Assembly (NCBI GenBank): GCA_032718475.1
Contig: JAUCBJ010001860.1
Span: 1-64,000 of the forward strand
Direction: 5' to 3'
Source: Nemertoderma westbladi
Lineage: Eukaryota; Animalia; Xenacoelomorpha
DNA length: 64,000 nt
Below are positions 50,203 through 64,000 of the stretch, one piece after another. Every line of letters begins with the position of its first letter. Position 1 is the stretch's first letter. The translations under genes were made by a program, and so were the position numbers. The notes beneath the pieces were generated by a model. The model was not told the DNA's origin. It made no database searches and saw nothing but the letters and a program-made list of their open reading frames with translations.

Positions 50203-51077
50203 TTTATAAAGTGTTTAATTTATGGTAATTACCAAATTCGCAAAGCATCTAAATGTAGTTAATCTTAATAGTAAGTGGCTGCATTTGATTCGAATACAGT
50301 ATACCCCCCTCTATGTTGAACCGATGATGGTGACATGCCTGATCCACCCAATTACTGTAGGTAGTTGAAGTATAATCTACTGATGCTGAAAGTACAGTAT
50401 CTCCCTGTTTTAAACAACAACATTAGGTACTCAAGATTGAAATGTTAGCTCTATATCAATTTCACTCCTTTCCAAATTACTTGACTACATAATAATTCCC
50501 TGTTTTCAATATAAATTGTTTAAAAACCGTAATATTTCTTACTGAAGTTAAAAAAAGAGGCGCAACTAAAACTCAAATCACTTTAACGTACCGCATAATT
50601 TTTAATATTAGCTAAATTATGCATGACAAAGTAAATGGCGCAAAATGATCGCAAACACGTGTTTAGTGGGTTTGAAAAATTAATTTAATTGAGTTTAAAC
50701 ATTAGGGAAAGTAGCAGGTTACAGTGGCTCTGGCATTGTTTTCTAACCAAAACAATAAACAAGACTTTTTTATTTCACTTGCGGTCAATTTGCGGTGAAG
50801 ATCAATATTTTCACTTGAAGTCAATGTGCGCCACTATCTGGCTTCATAATATTATATCATAAAATAATAATATTAGGCAGTCCTGTACTCTGAGTTCTTG
50901 TATGCCACATGAACGAAGCCCCGCATTTTAAACATTCTTGCCAAGATCTGACAAGAATCCTCAATTACTAACAAGAATTAACAAAAGTCTCAAATCACAC
51001 CAAGACAAGCCAAGCCAATGTCTCTCAATAACCTCCAAGACCCACAAAGTCTTGGTGACTCTTGGCCACTCCAGACA

Positions 51078-51856
51078 ACTACTAGGATCGGCATGCTGCA
51101 TTGCAGCTGCATTTATAAGAATGCTGTGCCGGCTTGTCGATAAAATTGCGCCGCCACAACTCCCTATCACCCATGACATTTGCTAGATCATCCGCATCTT
51201 CACTACTACTACTAGGATCGGCATGCTGCATTGCAGCTGCATTTTTAAGAATGCTGTGCCGGCTTGTCAACAAAATTGCACCGCCACAACTCCCTATCAC
51301 CCATGACATTTGCTAGATCATCCGCATCTTCAAGGCCAGTGTGAGTGTCCTTTAAGATGCGTCTCAAGAAAGTCATGGGCTGTCCACCATGCTTATTCAA
51401 TCCATGAGGCTGCCAAAGTACAAGATTATGCACTGGCAGGTCCTCACGGCGAAAGCAATGTCCTGCAAAGTGGAGGCAATTTTGTTCTAGTGTCAAGCTT
51501 GGGGGAACCAATGAGACACCGCCAATGTTATATATTGTCTGGTTGGAGATGTGTGCATTGTACTTGAAACAATGAACCCGGCGTATCATTCTTGTGAATG
51601 TGCCATCCAGAGATTTGGTGTCCTCAGCAGTTAGAGCCCAGCATGGACTCCCATAGAGGAGTACTGGAACTACTGCTGCTCTAAATAATCGGACCTTAAG
51701 TTTCCGATTAATTCTCGGTGACTTCCAAATCCTGGAAAGCCTATTCAAGGCTGCCCATGCCTTTCCCTTACGTATTCGAAGGTCCTCACCTGACTTCCGG
51801 ATCCATGATCCCAGGTAACAGAAGTCATCCACATGCTCAAGCATACCATCTTTTGA
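51078..51856 (-). mobile_element. 5'-truncated RTE-like LINE with a duplicated 3' end
   Basis: ORF 51245-51931 is near-identical to the C-terminal part of the 31380 ORF. (TAG)n tail at ~51203. The last ~125 bp are repeated at 51078-51202. Confidence 0.9.
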
Positions 51857-54169
51857 TGACATCTTTGACAACTGGATCATCATCTGGATCTGGTTCAGAA
51901 TTTGGGAGGACAACTGTCCACATATAGACACAGCCTTATTCGCTCATTGGAAGACAGTAGCCTCGCAATCTGTCATCGTTGCATAAGCCTTGCGACCACT
52001 TAAAAGTGGCATCATCCTCGAATTCAGTGGACAATCCATTGAATACAAAATGATATGACTCCACAACGAACGCAATCAGACCATTCGGTATGCCTGCTAG
52101 TTAATTCATTAAAAAACTTCTCTAGTCTGGCATCATATACATTTTGCAACTGGGTATTTGTTGCGATATATGGCGCTGTGTACCTATATTAGCCGTCATA
52201 CAGTATAATTATTTAGATAAGCCATAAAGACGCGCAACCATATTTAGATAAGGAAAGTAAAACGCCCCGATTTTTGAATTTATCCATTTTATACAGTTCT
52301 ACCTATGTAATTTTGTAGTAAAATATAAGTAAATAGTTCCACGGTAGCAAGTTTCCTATGAAACCCTTGATATAAGCTTGCTGATATTAGCTTCAATAGG
52401 ATTAACTGCATATTTGTTTTATTTTCTTTTATATTTGCGCTAAATTAGATTTCATGTAGCGTATTATTAGTACCGCTAAATTAAGCAACGCCAAAATGAC
52501 CATATATGGTGACGATTTGTGATTCCAAGGAGGAATAGGTTCACAATCCGGCTTCCTTATTGGCCTAGCTGCTTCCAGGTTGGTCTAATGGTAGCGCGGA
52601 TTGGGGAACCAATCAGAGAATTATTGCATCATCCTTCATGAATCACCTATAAATTGGCCGTTTTTCCGGTATGTGCAATGTAATCTCAGTGTCCCTCAAT
52701 CTCAGTTGCTGTTGTAATTTACTTTTGTAAATTCTGTAATTTGTTTTCTTGCAATAATTCGTAAATTTGTAATTTCTGCTTATTTCTTGCTGTGTTTCTC
52801 ACTTTAATCTCAATGATTACTGCTAATTACAATCGGAACTATGATTTCTACCCTTTAATTAATGGTTCTATGTGATTAAGATGCGATAATCCCACAGGAT
52901 TTCTTTAGACTGTCAGACTGTATGATTGCATGCGCCGTTACGGTAGCTACTCATTAGATGGAGGGCTAAGGTACCGGTAGGCGCGGCGGGCGCACTGGGG
53001 GGTTAGCGACGAAGGGAGTGCGGAGGATTCAAAAGGCGAGCAACGCTGGCGGGGGGTCACCGTTGCGGGCGGAAGGCTAGCAGTGTAGAGAGAAGACTGC
53101 TCGCTGGTACAGTAATTAAGGGGCTGATGATCCAGATTTTGTCTCTATTTTGTAGTATTAGGGGGGCAGGAATTGGGTTAGTTAGGAAGCCTACATGTAC
53201 CCGGGAGAGGCCTTCGTGCTTTATACTGCGAACTGTAGGTTGCGAGTTGCGAACTGTGAATTGTGAACTGAAGATTGTAAATTGTACATTAAGAACTATA
53301 AATTGGTAAGTATTAACTATTGATTGTTACGTTGATTGGTGTGTTTGTCTATCATTGGGACACTCAAGGGAGGTTTCGGTTGCAAAATTGAGTTTCTTTA
53401 TTAACGCGCTCGCATTCAATCGTTTTGTATTTACAAATCATGGGCAGTTATGATAATGAAATGTGGACAATAAAAGCACTAATAAATAACATAATATATT
53501 TCGATAACGTAGTAAAAATATTGATAAAATAAGGGGAGGGGAAATTAATGAAACATTTACTTCGAGTATATGTGGTTACAAATATCAGCAGAAATAAAGT
53601 GTTATCAAAGTAAATGAAATGGGACGAATGAAAAGGCGAGCAAGCGAGTGGACGGGGAGCGAGCGAGCGAGCAAGCGAGCGGTAAAAAACAATTTGTGAC
53701 AACCAGTGTAGAAAATAGGAAGACTGACGAAATTGCTCAGAATGAAGTATATAATGGTAAATTATTACATCGCGAGGTGATAACAGGAGGTCAAGATGCT
53801 GAATGGAGGGGGTCAGGCCTAAAACATGAGGTTTGCATTGATGTAACACATGACGGGCATACTAGGGCTAACAAATTAGTAGATTCGACCAATGAATGTG
53901 CAGAGATTCAATAATTCTGTTTGAGGTTGATGGGCATTGTGAAGGGTTATTATTATTAATTATATAATATGATGTCAGTATATATCGAGAGGGGGGTGAT
54001 TATATGAATGAACATGTGGCAGCCCGCTTTAACCTGGGGCCACTTACAGTACTTGATAATGTTAGTGGGACTGAGGGGGGGCTTGTTAAGTGAATGATAG
54101 GTGGAATCTCGCTGCAACCCGAGTCCACGTACTGTACAAAATGTTTCTTTTAAAATGTCTCTTACAAAA

Positions 54170-55439
54170 TGTGCGCTTTCAGACCTTTAGCAGTTTAACC
54201 TGCCAATTTTAGGTGTCCTCTTGTTTATAAATCGACTTTAGCCTATAACAATTATTTAATGCACATGAAGTAACATTAGCCGAAACCAGTCTATGCGCGA
54301 TCATTCACCCACAGTTAAGGGAGACTGGATTCGGGTGCTTTGAAGTTATTGCGTTGCAGACCTACTGTATTATTCGATTGATCGTTACTATATAATCTCT
54401 GACAATATTATTCACTTTCGGGGAAATATTAACAGTTCCTTTAGGACGTGTCGCTTTAAGTATAAAACAGAGTTATGACTTATACTAAACACAACGAGAT
54501 GGCTACTGATTTTCGTAAATAGCGCATTCTTTAGGAGATGCTTTATTATCTGTCACACTACTGCACACGACTTCACACTGTTTCACACTGATCTGCCGAC
54601 CGTCACTGAATTTGATCATATATAAGGAGGATAGCAACCGACACATGTAGGGATTATGAAATAGCATTTAATGCACACTAAAACCACTGTAATGTAAGTC
54701 GCAATTGCTACCGGTAACCGGTCCCTCTAACCTTTAGTAATCAAGAAGATTGGGGGTTTTATGATTATTTATCGATATTTTCCAAATATAACAACATATC
54801 CATCAACATATAACCATTAATAACAGACAGTAAACAGAAGTACAATAATGCGGTGATATTCAGCCAGTATCGGTAATACCGGTACCGCAGGTGCCAAGTG
54901 ACCAGTTGTTATGGTTAGTTGCACAGTTGTACAGTGCAGTAGGGCCAGTAATGCATCCAGTCAGTCCAGTTGACAAGTTGACAGGTGCAGGTGATCGGAG
55001 TTTGGTTTACAGATAATAGATTTACGTTCTTGTAATCAAAGCCGTCTAATGTTGGCCAAAGTCTGAAACTTCTAACACAGAAGTACAGAATAATTTCCAA
55101 GCAGTTGTTCTCGCTCAGAAAGGTAAACAAAGACCGTAATGCATTATTGCGCAATTTCCCGTAGGCTCCTGTGCAAGATAAAATGAAAATCGTTCTGATT
55201 GGTCGAGCGAGCCTGAACAAAGAAAGTTCCACATCGACAGCAAATCAGCTGACAGATTTCGTCATCTGAACTACACTCTATTTAGAGTATTTGGCGTATT
55301 GCGGCATAAAATGGCTTGTTATGTCCGCTAAAACACCTACATGGTACATTGCGGAGAAAATGGCTTGTTATGTCCGCTAAAACAACTAAACAGTTAATTG
55401 CGGAGAAAATGACTGGTTATATCCGCAAAAGCTTTTACA
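54170..55439 (-). mobile_element. LTR (probable 3' LTR of the BEL/Pao element)
   Basis: TGT...ACA termini and colinear similarity to the solo LTR at 60931-62099. Purine-rich GGGAGCGG directly precedes it on the minus strand (PPT-like). Confidence 0.75.
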
Positions 55440-55517
55440 CCGCTCCCAGAAAATGGGATTTAATTCTATAAAATATAAAAAATCACAGTTTCTAAAATAT
55501 AAAAATACTCTAAACAG

Positions 55518-57072
55518 TTAGTCTTTCTTACGCGAACGGCGTTTACGCGGTGTTTTGAGGCTAGCAAGAGTCCTTTTCTCTTTGGGGCGAGCCACTTTAC
55601 TAGGAGGGCTATAACTCCTAGGTGAAGGGTGCAATACAATTGCATCAGAAGGTTTAGGGTTACGGTCGGTGTGTCCGCTGGTCGAGGTACCCGGTTGATC
55701 GGTATCAACCTCAGTGGAACGAGGTCGAACAACCTTGAGAGCGCGTTTTAAGACAGCAGCTCTTACTGGTCCCTGATGGGTCGTTTGCACGAGAGCGGTA
55801 GGTGGACCGTGTGTAGTGAGAAATTTCCTCGGTTTGATGGTTCTTTCTGACTCGCGTTCTCGGGCTCTGTTGAAATCGATATGCTTCTCCTCGAGCTGAT
55901 TTTCCTCCGCTTGTCGTTGGAAGCATTCATCCAAAACTCTTTCAGAGAGTAAGGTCGTCCAAGTTCGATATCTTCTTAGAGTTTCTGGATTTCCCGATCG
56001 AACTGAGATAAAGCTAATTCGTTTACCGCTTGGACTTGCTGCTGCAATTTACGTTTCTCTAAACAATCGTAGGTTCCTTTTCCGATCTTTTGTCGAATAG
56101 TGTCTAACGAGTTTCGTTCAACTCTCTCCTCCACCTCGGTGACAGGTTGTATCGGGGTTAAATCGGGACGATTATACGGGTTGAATGGCGATATTAAATG
56201 TCCGCGTCCCAATCCGGCTAGGTAGGATGGGCGAATATCTAGGGAGCCCACAACCGGAGTGCCACCGACTAATTGTTTGGGTAACACCAGATCTTTGAAC
56301 AATGAGTACAGTTCAGGAGGATCCGTCATACTATTAGGATCAAGAGTCTGAGGTCTCACTAGGGAATGAGGAGGTCTGACCGAGTATTCCGGAACTCTGA
56401 TCATTGGTTTATTCAAGGATCGTTTGAGCCGAGCGACCGTAGGTGATACGTCGAACAGGTTTCTCTCGAAATTCCCGTAAGTATAGCGAGTAAAAACTGT
56501 GTTTAGCGCAACGTCTCCGCGGATGTTTATGTCTTTCCGTGTGTTGGTTGGGTCTAGGGCATTCATCGTAATAATACCAAAGATGCACGTCTTGTAGGGG
56601 AAACGCTGGTGATCTTTCTCCAGCTTTACAATGTCTCTCTCAAGAATTCCAAAGATACGTTGAAGTCACTGCGTTTATCCGGTTCTTTAACGTCTTCTCT
56701 TTCGAGTTAGTTTCGAATAGAATTTTCGTGTTCGATTCTCAGTTTATTGTTCCGACTCCGCTGGGTATGATATTTAAATAGGATCATTTCCCTTTCGGTG
56801 TCTACATCATCCATATCGTGTAAATCGATAGGATGGCCAGTAGTAAAGAAGTCTATATACGTACCATTACGATGCGTATAGCGAGCGGTGAATTTTCTAT
56901 AGTCCAATTCATGCGTGAGCTGTTCCTTTGACATTGGCGGCTCGATATAACGGCCATCGTCCTCCGTAGTGGGTTGACTAGCGTCACCGCGTATTAAACT
57001 ATCAACAAACGCTTGCAATGGTAGGGTATATCGCTCCCTGATACCAAGATCATCTTCTATCAACTCTGTCAT
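55518..57072 (-). pseudogene. Broken extra ORF of unknown function between integrase and 3' LTR
   Basis: Three same-strand ORFs (121, 196 and 138 aa) can be joined through stops and frameshifts. They look like coding sequence but have no recognised motif. Confidence 0.5.
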
Positions 57073-58801
57073 AGCTGCTATATGAGTTTATCGATATTAT
57101 AATTAATTATAATTTAGGCTAGCGGTCATTGCTGCCCCCCCTCAATGCTCCCGGACAGCGCAAGCTCCTCAGCACTGATGTACTTTCGCCGCTGTGTCTA
57201 TCGCCAACATAGTAGCTACACAACGACAACAACAACCAGAGCGAGTCACTCCACTGTCCGTCCCAAGGGCTTAGATTTACTTCAGGTTCTTACTGCAGAG
57301 GTAGGGCTACTTTCACAACTGCGACTCGCTACTGTAAACACACTTTAGTAGTAACATTCACCTATAAACGCACAAATTCCACACAACTGTCACAAATTGT
57401 ACACATTCGGGCCATTTGTCCGTTAGTCAAGTGCCTTCCAGAATGCCACGTTATTATTATGTATCCCTGGATACTAGCAGTGCGCTATTTATTCCTTATG
57501 CTATTCAATGGGGCAAGCTTTATATTGTTCTTTTAACTCACATCTAATTCTAGCGTGGTTGTTGCCATGGTGACATTATGGAAAGCTAGCAGTAGAATTA
57601 GGGTAATTCTCATGCATACAGATCTGGGATGCTATTTAATAGTAATACTTTAATCGTCAATATTCCCCTTTATACATGATTTTATGAATTTTATCGGCTA
57701 TTGACTATATATTGGAGAGTCTCTCACGCTAATATACTTAATAGGGTGAATCTCCGCTCCCATGATCTATTAATTAATGGAATTTTGGGAATGTTATAAA
57801 TTGTATAAAATGACAATTTATCAAATTCATGAGAGGATATGAATTTAAAAATTTATTCCTGTAAATTTTATTATTTAATATTAAAATAGGCCCAATTTTA
57901 TTCCAGAGCATGTCTGGGGACTGGGATCCTTGATTCTAGGAAATTTGTCCTTTTAAGAGTATCGGTGAGTACTACGATATCTTAATCGACTAGAATTTTT
58001 AAAGGATCTAAATTTTAACAGATTTTGATTTATAGATTTTCTTGGTTTACAAACTCCTTAGAGTTTATTTGTATGCATTTACTCTATTATAACATTTGTT
58101 TTAATAGATTTTATAAATATTAACTATGTAATATTTAAGATGGGCACCGATTTATTCCAGAACATGTCTGGGGACGTTAACCATTGATTCTAGAATTTTG
58201 TCTTTCAAGTATATCGGTGGGTGCCGCGATATCTTAATTGACTAGAATTACAGATGGTCAAAGGGTTTAACAGATTTATTTGCGTTGTACGCTACTGTTA
58301 AAGGGACATCACGCTACTATATGTATTATTTAATATACGGTATGAGAGCAATATTGCAAGAAGCAATGTCAGTGAGAAGAGGCAAATCGTTTCCAAGGTC
58401 TACCCAGAGCTTGGTTTAGCCAAGACACGAGGATCTGAACTTTGCATTCCTAATACTCTACTTACCAATAATACTTAAGTTTAGTAGGAGCTTTATTGTA
58501 CTTTAATAAGTACGGACATTTCATCTTACTGTAGTCACGTATTTATAATATGATACGGACAGTAAGGAGGAGAAAAGAATTATTTCTCGCCGTTACGCTA
58601 AATACATATAATATAAGTAATTAAGTAATAAACGCGAATATATATTGCACTAATCTACTAAATAACCACTAAAATAACATTCTACTAAATAAAATTAATG
58701 AAAACGATTATTATAAAATTATATAATATTACATACCTAAATATAAAAATAATAAAAAACGAATATAAAATAATATGGTCACACACCCACTCCAGACGCT
58801 G

Positions 58802-61800
58802 TTACGTTGGGGAGTCCCTAGATGTTTGTTGGATTAGGGAGGTGGTCGTGGGAAGAGTATCTTGCCTTCCATAGTTTCCGGATAGTTCTCTGTCTCTTTC
58901 CAGTAAACATAAACGACCAACTGGGCGATTGAGCTGCTGCGTCTTGAATACAATTCCAGGTTTCTTAAAGTTACGTCGCATGACGACGAGTTCTACCGAT
59001 CGCACCAAACCATCATCTGAGATATGAGTCTCGATGATACGACCTGTCTGCCACCGCTTACGTGGAAGATCTGTTTCCACAATAAGGACCATGTCTCCGG
59101 CGCTGACGTTTTCTTGCTGCGCAAACCACTTGGTTCGAAGTTGTAGCGTAGGCAGATAATGTTTTTCGAAATGGTCAGCGAAACGATGGGATAATAACTG
59201 CATAAGTTGCCAAGTTTGTCGGCAGTATTCGTCTCCGTCCGTGATTTCCGATCGTGGGAGCATGGCTACAGGTTTTTTCAGTAGGAAGTGCGCAGGTGTT
59301 AGCGCTTCCAGGGAGTCGGGACTCGATGAGACTGGCATAAGCGGTCTTCCGTTAAGATAGGCGGCGATTTCTTCCATTAACGTCTGCAAAAGTTCGTCGG
59401 TGAGATACGCGCAGCACGGCACTATAAAGTGAAATGCAGTCTTTACGCTTCTTATTAATCTCTCCCAACTTCCTCCCCACCAAGGGGCGTCGGCGGCGTT
59501 GAATGTCCAGCTAGATGCTGTTACCCTTAGCTGATCGTCCACCTGTCTTTGGTTCCAATCTCTAACGTAAGCCTTGATCTCATTATTGGCGCCAATGAAG
59601 TTCGTTCCCTTATCAGATCTCATCGTGTTGCTAGTTCCAAAGCGAGCGATCTGTCGGCGTAGACTCAGTATAAAGCTGTTGGTAGATAGATCGTTCACCA
59701 TATCTAAATGGATTGCTCTACAAGTCATACAGACAAAGATGACACACCATCGCTTGACTGTAGTCCTGGCACGATATACTTCAATAGGGCCAAATGAATC
59801 CACACCGGTATTAGTAAAGGGTGGTTCATAGAAGCTTACTCGTTCCCAAGGTAATTCTGCTTCTCGCTGTATTAAAGGCCTACTGAATGCTTTCCTACAG
59901 GGTATACAGTTCCTAAGAACTTGGTTCAGAGCTCTAAGTGGTTTATGAAAATAATAGTGAGTTCGAATTTCGCTAAGAACTCGTTCTCTACCAGCATGGT
60001 AAAGCTTACTGTGAACATCTACAATCATCTTGATTTGTATTTCAAGATTTCTAATGAGTATGGGAAACTTAGTGTCAAAGGATAATGGAGCATTAGTTAG
60101 TCTCCCTCCAACACGTATTAACCCATCTATCATTGTGCTAGAGAAACGATCCCTTAAGCGCATCTGTGGATTTCTCAACAACAGGAAATACTTATCGGAA
60201 TCTTCATAGCATTGCAGGAGTCTCAGTATCTGCTTATTGGTTTCTTCATGCTCCTGGTAACTGATCTTCTCCGTCAGAAACCTATCTGAGATTTTATATT
60301 TGGGAAGATCTTTAATAGCATGGACCTGCACAGATGTCAGTGGAGCGGTATCACTAGCGATCTTCGTCCTGGAGTAGTGATAATGGAAGCATCGCATTCC
60401 TGCCGATGGCTGTAGCGTATAAAGCCGCCTTTAACTCCGCTCGAGGAACTCGTAGCTTGTTGCTTATCAAGGCCTTAGAGGTAACCAAGGCAACTTTAAT
60501 TCCATCCGGAGTTTCAACCCTCAGGTAGGCTACTATACCTATTCCCATATCGCTGGCGTCTCCAAACACATGGAGTTGATAGGAATACGTGGGGAGAACC
60601 TGACCAAAATATGAACGGGAAATTGTAAAGTTCTCGATGGATGGTAGAGAATCTTCCCATTTCATCCACTTCTTTAGTAGTTCTCCCTTAAGTGGATCAT
60701 CCCACGAGTGGTTTTCAAGCCACATTTGTTGAACTAAACTCCGAGCAACCAATATAACTGAGCTAATAAATCCCAATGGATCGAAATAAGTGCTCAGGAT
60801 ACTTAGACAAATCCGTTTAGTTCGAACTGGATTATCTCGCTGTTTTAGCTGGAAAAACAGGATATCTCTCTCTGTGTCCCATTTCAAACCAAGTGTCTTG
60901 GTTTCTGGAAGAATGTCCTTGATTAGGTCCTGTTCGCGCTTTCAGACCTTTAGCAGTTTAACCTGCCAAATTGGGATGTCTTCTAGATGATAGATCGTCT
61001 TTAGCCTATGACAAGTATTTGATACACTACATTAGCCGAAGCCAGTCTATGCGCGATCATTCACCCGCTGGATATACCCGGGAGACTGGATTCGGAAGCC
61101 TAACCGTATTGCGGGGTAGGCCTACTGTATTATTCGACTGATCGTAATATATATAATCTCTGACAAGTATTATTCACTTTCGGGAAATATTAACAGTTCC
61201 TTTAGGACGTGGCGCTCTAAATATGTAAACAGAGTTATGACTTAAACTAGACACAACGGGATGGCTATAGATTCACGTATATGGCGCATTCTTTAGGAGA
61301 TGCTTTGTTATCAGTCACAATCATACACAATACTGCACAATGCTGCACACTAATCTGCCGACCTTCACTAAATTTAGTCACATATAAAGAGAACAACAGA
61401 CAATACATGTAGGGCCTATAAAATAGCATTAGATTCACTTCAAACCACTTAATGTAAGTCGCAATCGTTATATGTAACCGGTCTCTCTAACCTTTAGTAT
61501 ATCAAGAAGATTAGGGTGTCTGATTATTTATCAGTATTCCAAATATAATATTCCATCAACAAATAATGAATAACCGACAGTAAATAGCAGTACAATGTTA
61601 AGATATGAATTGGTATGTTATGAATTGTTTGGTTAGTTAAGTGTGATAACAGATATACGTTCTATAATTAAGCCTACTAATGTTAGGCTAAAGACTGAAA
61701 CACGGAGGTTCCAAAGCCGGTGTTCTTAGGCTGTGGACAAAATCACATACTGACTCAACTCCACGAGTTTCTATATACAATCTCTAACACAGAGGCAAAA

Positions 61801-64000
61801 AACGCTCTGATTGGTCGACCGAACAAAGAAGGAACAGAGAACAAAGAACAAGCTCCACCTCCACGTGTACAGCATCAGCTGTTAGCCGTCGTCATGGTAG
61901 CTACACTGTTTCAAGAAGATCTGGCGTATTGCGTCATAGAATTACTAATTATGTCCGTTAAAGTACACATACAGAAGAAATGGCTTTTATGTCCTCTAAA
62001 ACACCAGTACAGTGAGGACACGGCCTTTTATGCCTGTTAAACCAACTACAGAGTACTTTACGGGGAAAATAACCGGCTAATTCCGCAAAAGCCTTTACAG
62101 GTCCAGATCTTTAACTCCTCGGTCTTCTACCGGGATCGATTCCAGAAACTCACGGGAGTTGCTAGTGAATTTGGTTAGTCGAAATCCACCACGTTTCAAA
62201 CACTCTACCATTCCCTTGGCAACATCAATGGCTTCTTCCACCGATGGGAGGGACTTTAAATTATCATCCATGTATATATCCCGTTTGATGTTGTCGATAA
62301 CCGCTTTAGAGAAGGCGTCTCGGTTGTCATCAGCAGTGGTGCGCACTACTGAACAGGCGTTCGAGGGGCTCGAGATGATTCCGAAAGCCTGGATGGTCAT
62401 CCAGTACTCCACAGGTTTTTGGCTGAGGTCTCCTTCAGGCCACCACAGAAATCGCAGGCTGTCTCGATCCCTATCCAGCGCCTTAACTTGTAAGAACATG
62501 CCTTCTATATCTGAGGCGAAGGCGATCGAATATTGCCGTAATCTTAAGAGTATTCCCAACAAGGATTGGAGTAAGTTGGGTCCCGGCAACAACTCCGAAT
62601 TCAGGGATTGGCCCATGTAAAGGGCGGAGCCGTCAAATACTACCCGAACTTCGTTGGGTTTACCGGGTTTGGGAATGTAATGATGGGTTAAATAATACGT
62701 TCTCTCAGTTATGGGTGCTTCTTCCGGTACTCGCTCCGCATATCCCTTATCGATGAATTTCTTCAGCTGTGTCTTGTACATCTCTTTAGCTGAAGCATTT
62801 GCAGTAAGGCGTCGATGTAGTTGAGCGATTCTACGTTGAGTGAAGTACCAACCTACTCTAGTTCTTCCCGCATAGGTTTGCAATGGTTGCGGTCGAGCAG
62901 GTCGTTTCTCTAATGTCTCAAGCGCCTCATGCGCATTTTGGCCGATTAATATTTGCACCCCTGGGTAGTCGGTGTTGAATCTAGGGATATCATGTTGCTG
63001 GGTAAAATCGTCTTCATCCCAGTTGTAAGGTTCTACTTGGCTGGTAGCAAAGTTCTTTATCGCCACCATTTTTACTGACCTTATGCTGTGTTCTCCTAGT
63101 TCGTCTTGGGGAGTGGACAACGCGCCTACATAGTAGTCTGTAGCTACTGTAGATTTCCAAACCTGCATAATTCCTGAAAGGTTCAACTTAGTTCGGAACT
63201 TGGGTTGTCCTGCAAAGATGTCTTCGGCTAGTTCTTTATCGATGAAAGTTCCTGTGCTGCCGGAGTCCAGGAGTGTGTTGACTATAAAACTCTTACTTAA
63301 TCCATGGACTCTTAGCTGAACTACGGGGAATTCCCGGATTCCGACGTTGGAAGTTGGTGCTTTCCAAGATGGTTGTCAGTCAGGAATAACCGGGTGCGCT
63401 TCGTTATCGGTTTCAGTCTCATACGTAAGCGCTCGATACACCGCGGTGTTTATCAAATAACAGGATTCGTTTTCGTCGGAGAATTCGTCCGTGTAGAATC
63501 CTTCCATCTCAGAACTTTGGTCAGTGTCGTTCACATCACTGAATTGGACATGTAGTTCGGACTCACTTACCTGACTCGGGCTGTTTCTTTCAAATTCGGT
63601 GTGCAACAAGATATGATGTTTCGCGCCACACTTAGCACACCTCGCATCGGAGTAACAGGTTCGCCGTTGGTGTCCTTGTCTGAGACAATTATAACACAAC
63701 CGCTTATCCCACATGACATCACGTCTATCTTTTAGGGATTTCTTTAAGAATTCATCATACACACTTAAACGGTGGGGCCCGTCGCACAATGCACATTTTG
63801 GTTTGATGTTACTTACTTTACCTTGGGTAATGTTGTGCACACTCGTTCTTTCCTCGGGCTTTCTTCCATGAACTCTCTTAGGAGACGTAGGAGGGGTTTT
63901 TGTTACCTGTTCTCTCCTATCACTGGTTCGAGACTTAAATTTACTTCGCTTGCATCCTTCTGGGCTCCTCCACGAGGCGCACCCACGAGGCGGACGCTGT
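58802..64000 (-). pseudogene. BEL/Pao LTR retrotransposon gag-pol, disrupted; 5' part beyond window end
   Basis: Triple Zn knuckle (CALC..H, CYNC...H...C, CAKC...HH), protease LLDSGS at ~63260, RT YMDD, Pao RNase H LHVFGDAS, and integrase HHCC with GVDSFGP/SDKGTNF/WERLI. It contains stops, frameshifts and deletions. Confidence 0.95.
60931..62099. mobile_element. Solo LTR inserted in the BEL/Pao pol
   Basis: TGT...ACA termini with 5-bp TSD GGTCC (60926-60930 and 62100-62104). Removing it restores DLDLIKDILPETKTLGLKWD. Confidence 0.92.

Noticed and set aside
52500-54100. Possible promoter (CCAAT/TATA), (GCGA)n tract and decayed LINE 5' region
   Set aside because: No supportable ORF or termini, so it cannot be classified from sequence alone.

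Overview
Repeat-rich eukaryotic (animal, probably invertebrate) genomic DNA. One host gene is visible. It is a minus-strand CLCA-family gene (HExxH metalloprotease plus vWA domain) with 8 phase-compatible GT-AG exons between 40136 and 24929. Its first exon was not found and its 3' exons must lie left of the window. Several of its introns carry their own tandem arrays (43-, 83-, 28-, 16-, 34- and 39-bp units). The 43-mer and 83-mer are amplified copies of the neighbouring exon end plus its splice donor. The ~500-copy 39-mer satellite (1-23300) looks like an in-phase splice acceptor. Two intact CRE-like non-LTR retrotransposons (RT plus restriction-like endonuclease) share an N-terminal 9-Cys CXC-like motif. 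One sits in the satellite with a poly(A) tail and a 12-13 bp TSD. The other has a ~365-aa in-frame Pro/Val repeat inserted between the RT QGDP and YADD motifs. Also present are RTE-like LINE fragments, Helentron-type non-autonomous elements (one tandem pair, one self-nested pair), a TA-flanked TIR element, a foldback element, and a decayed BEL/Pao LTR retrotransposon with a nested solo LTR and a broken extra ORF. All calls come from reading the sequence; no database searches were run.
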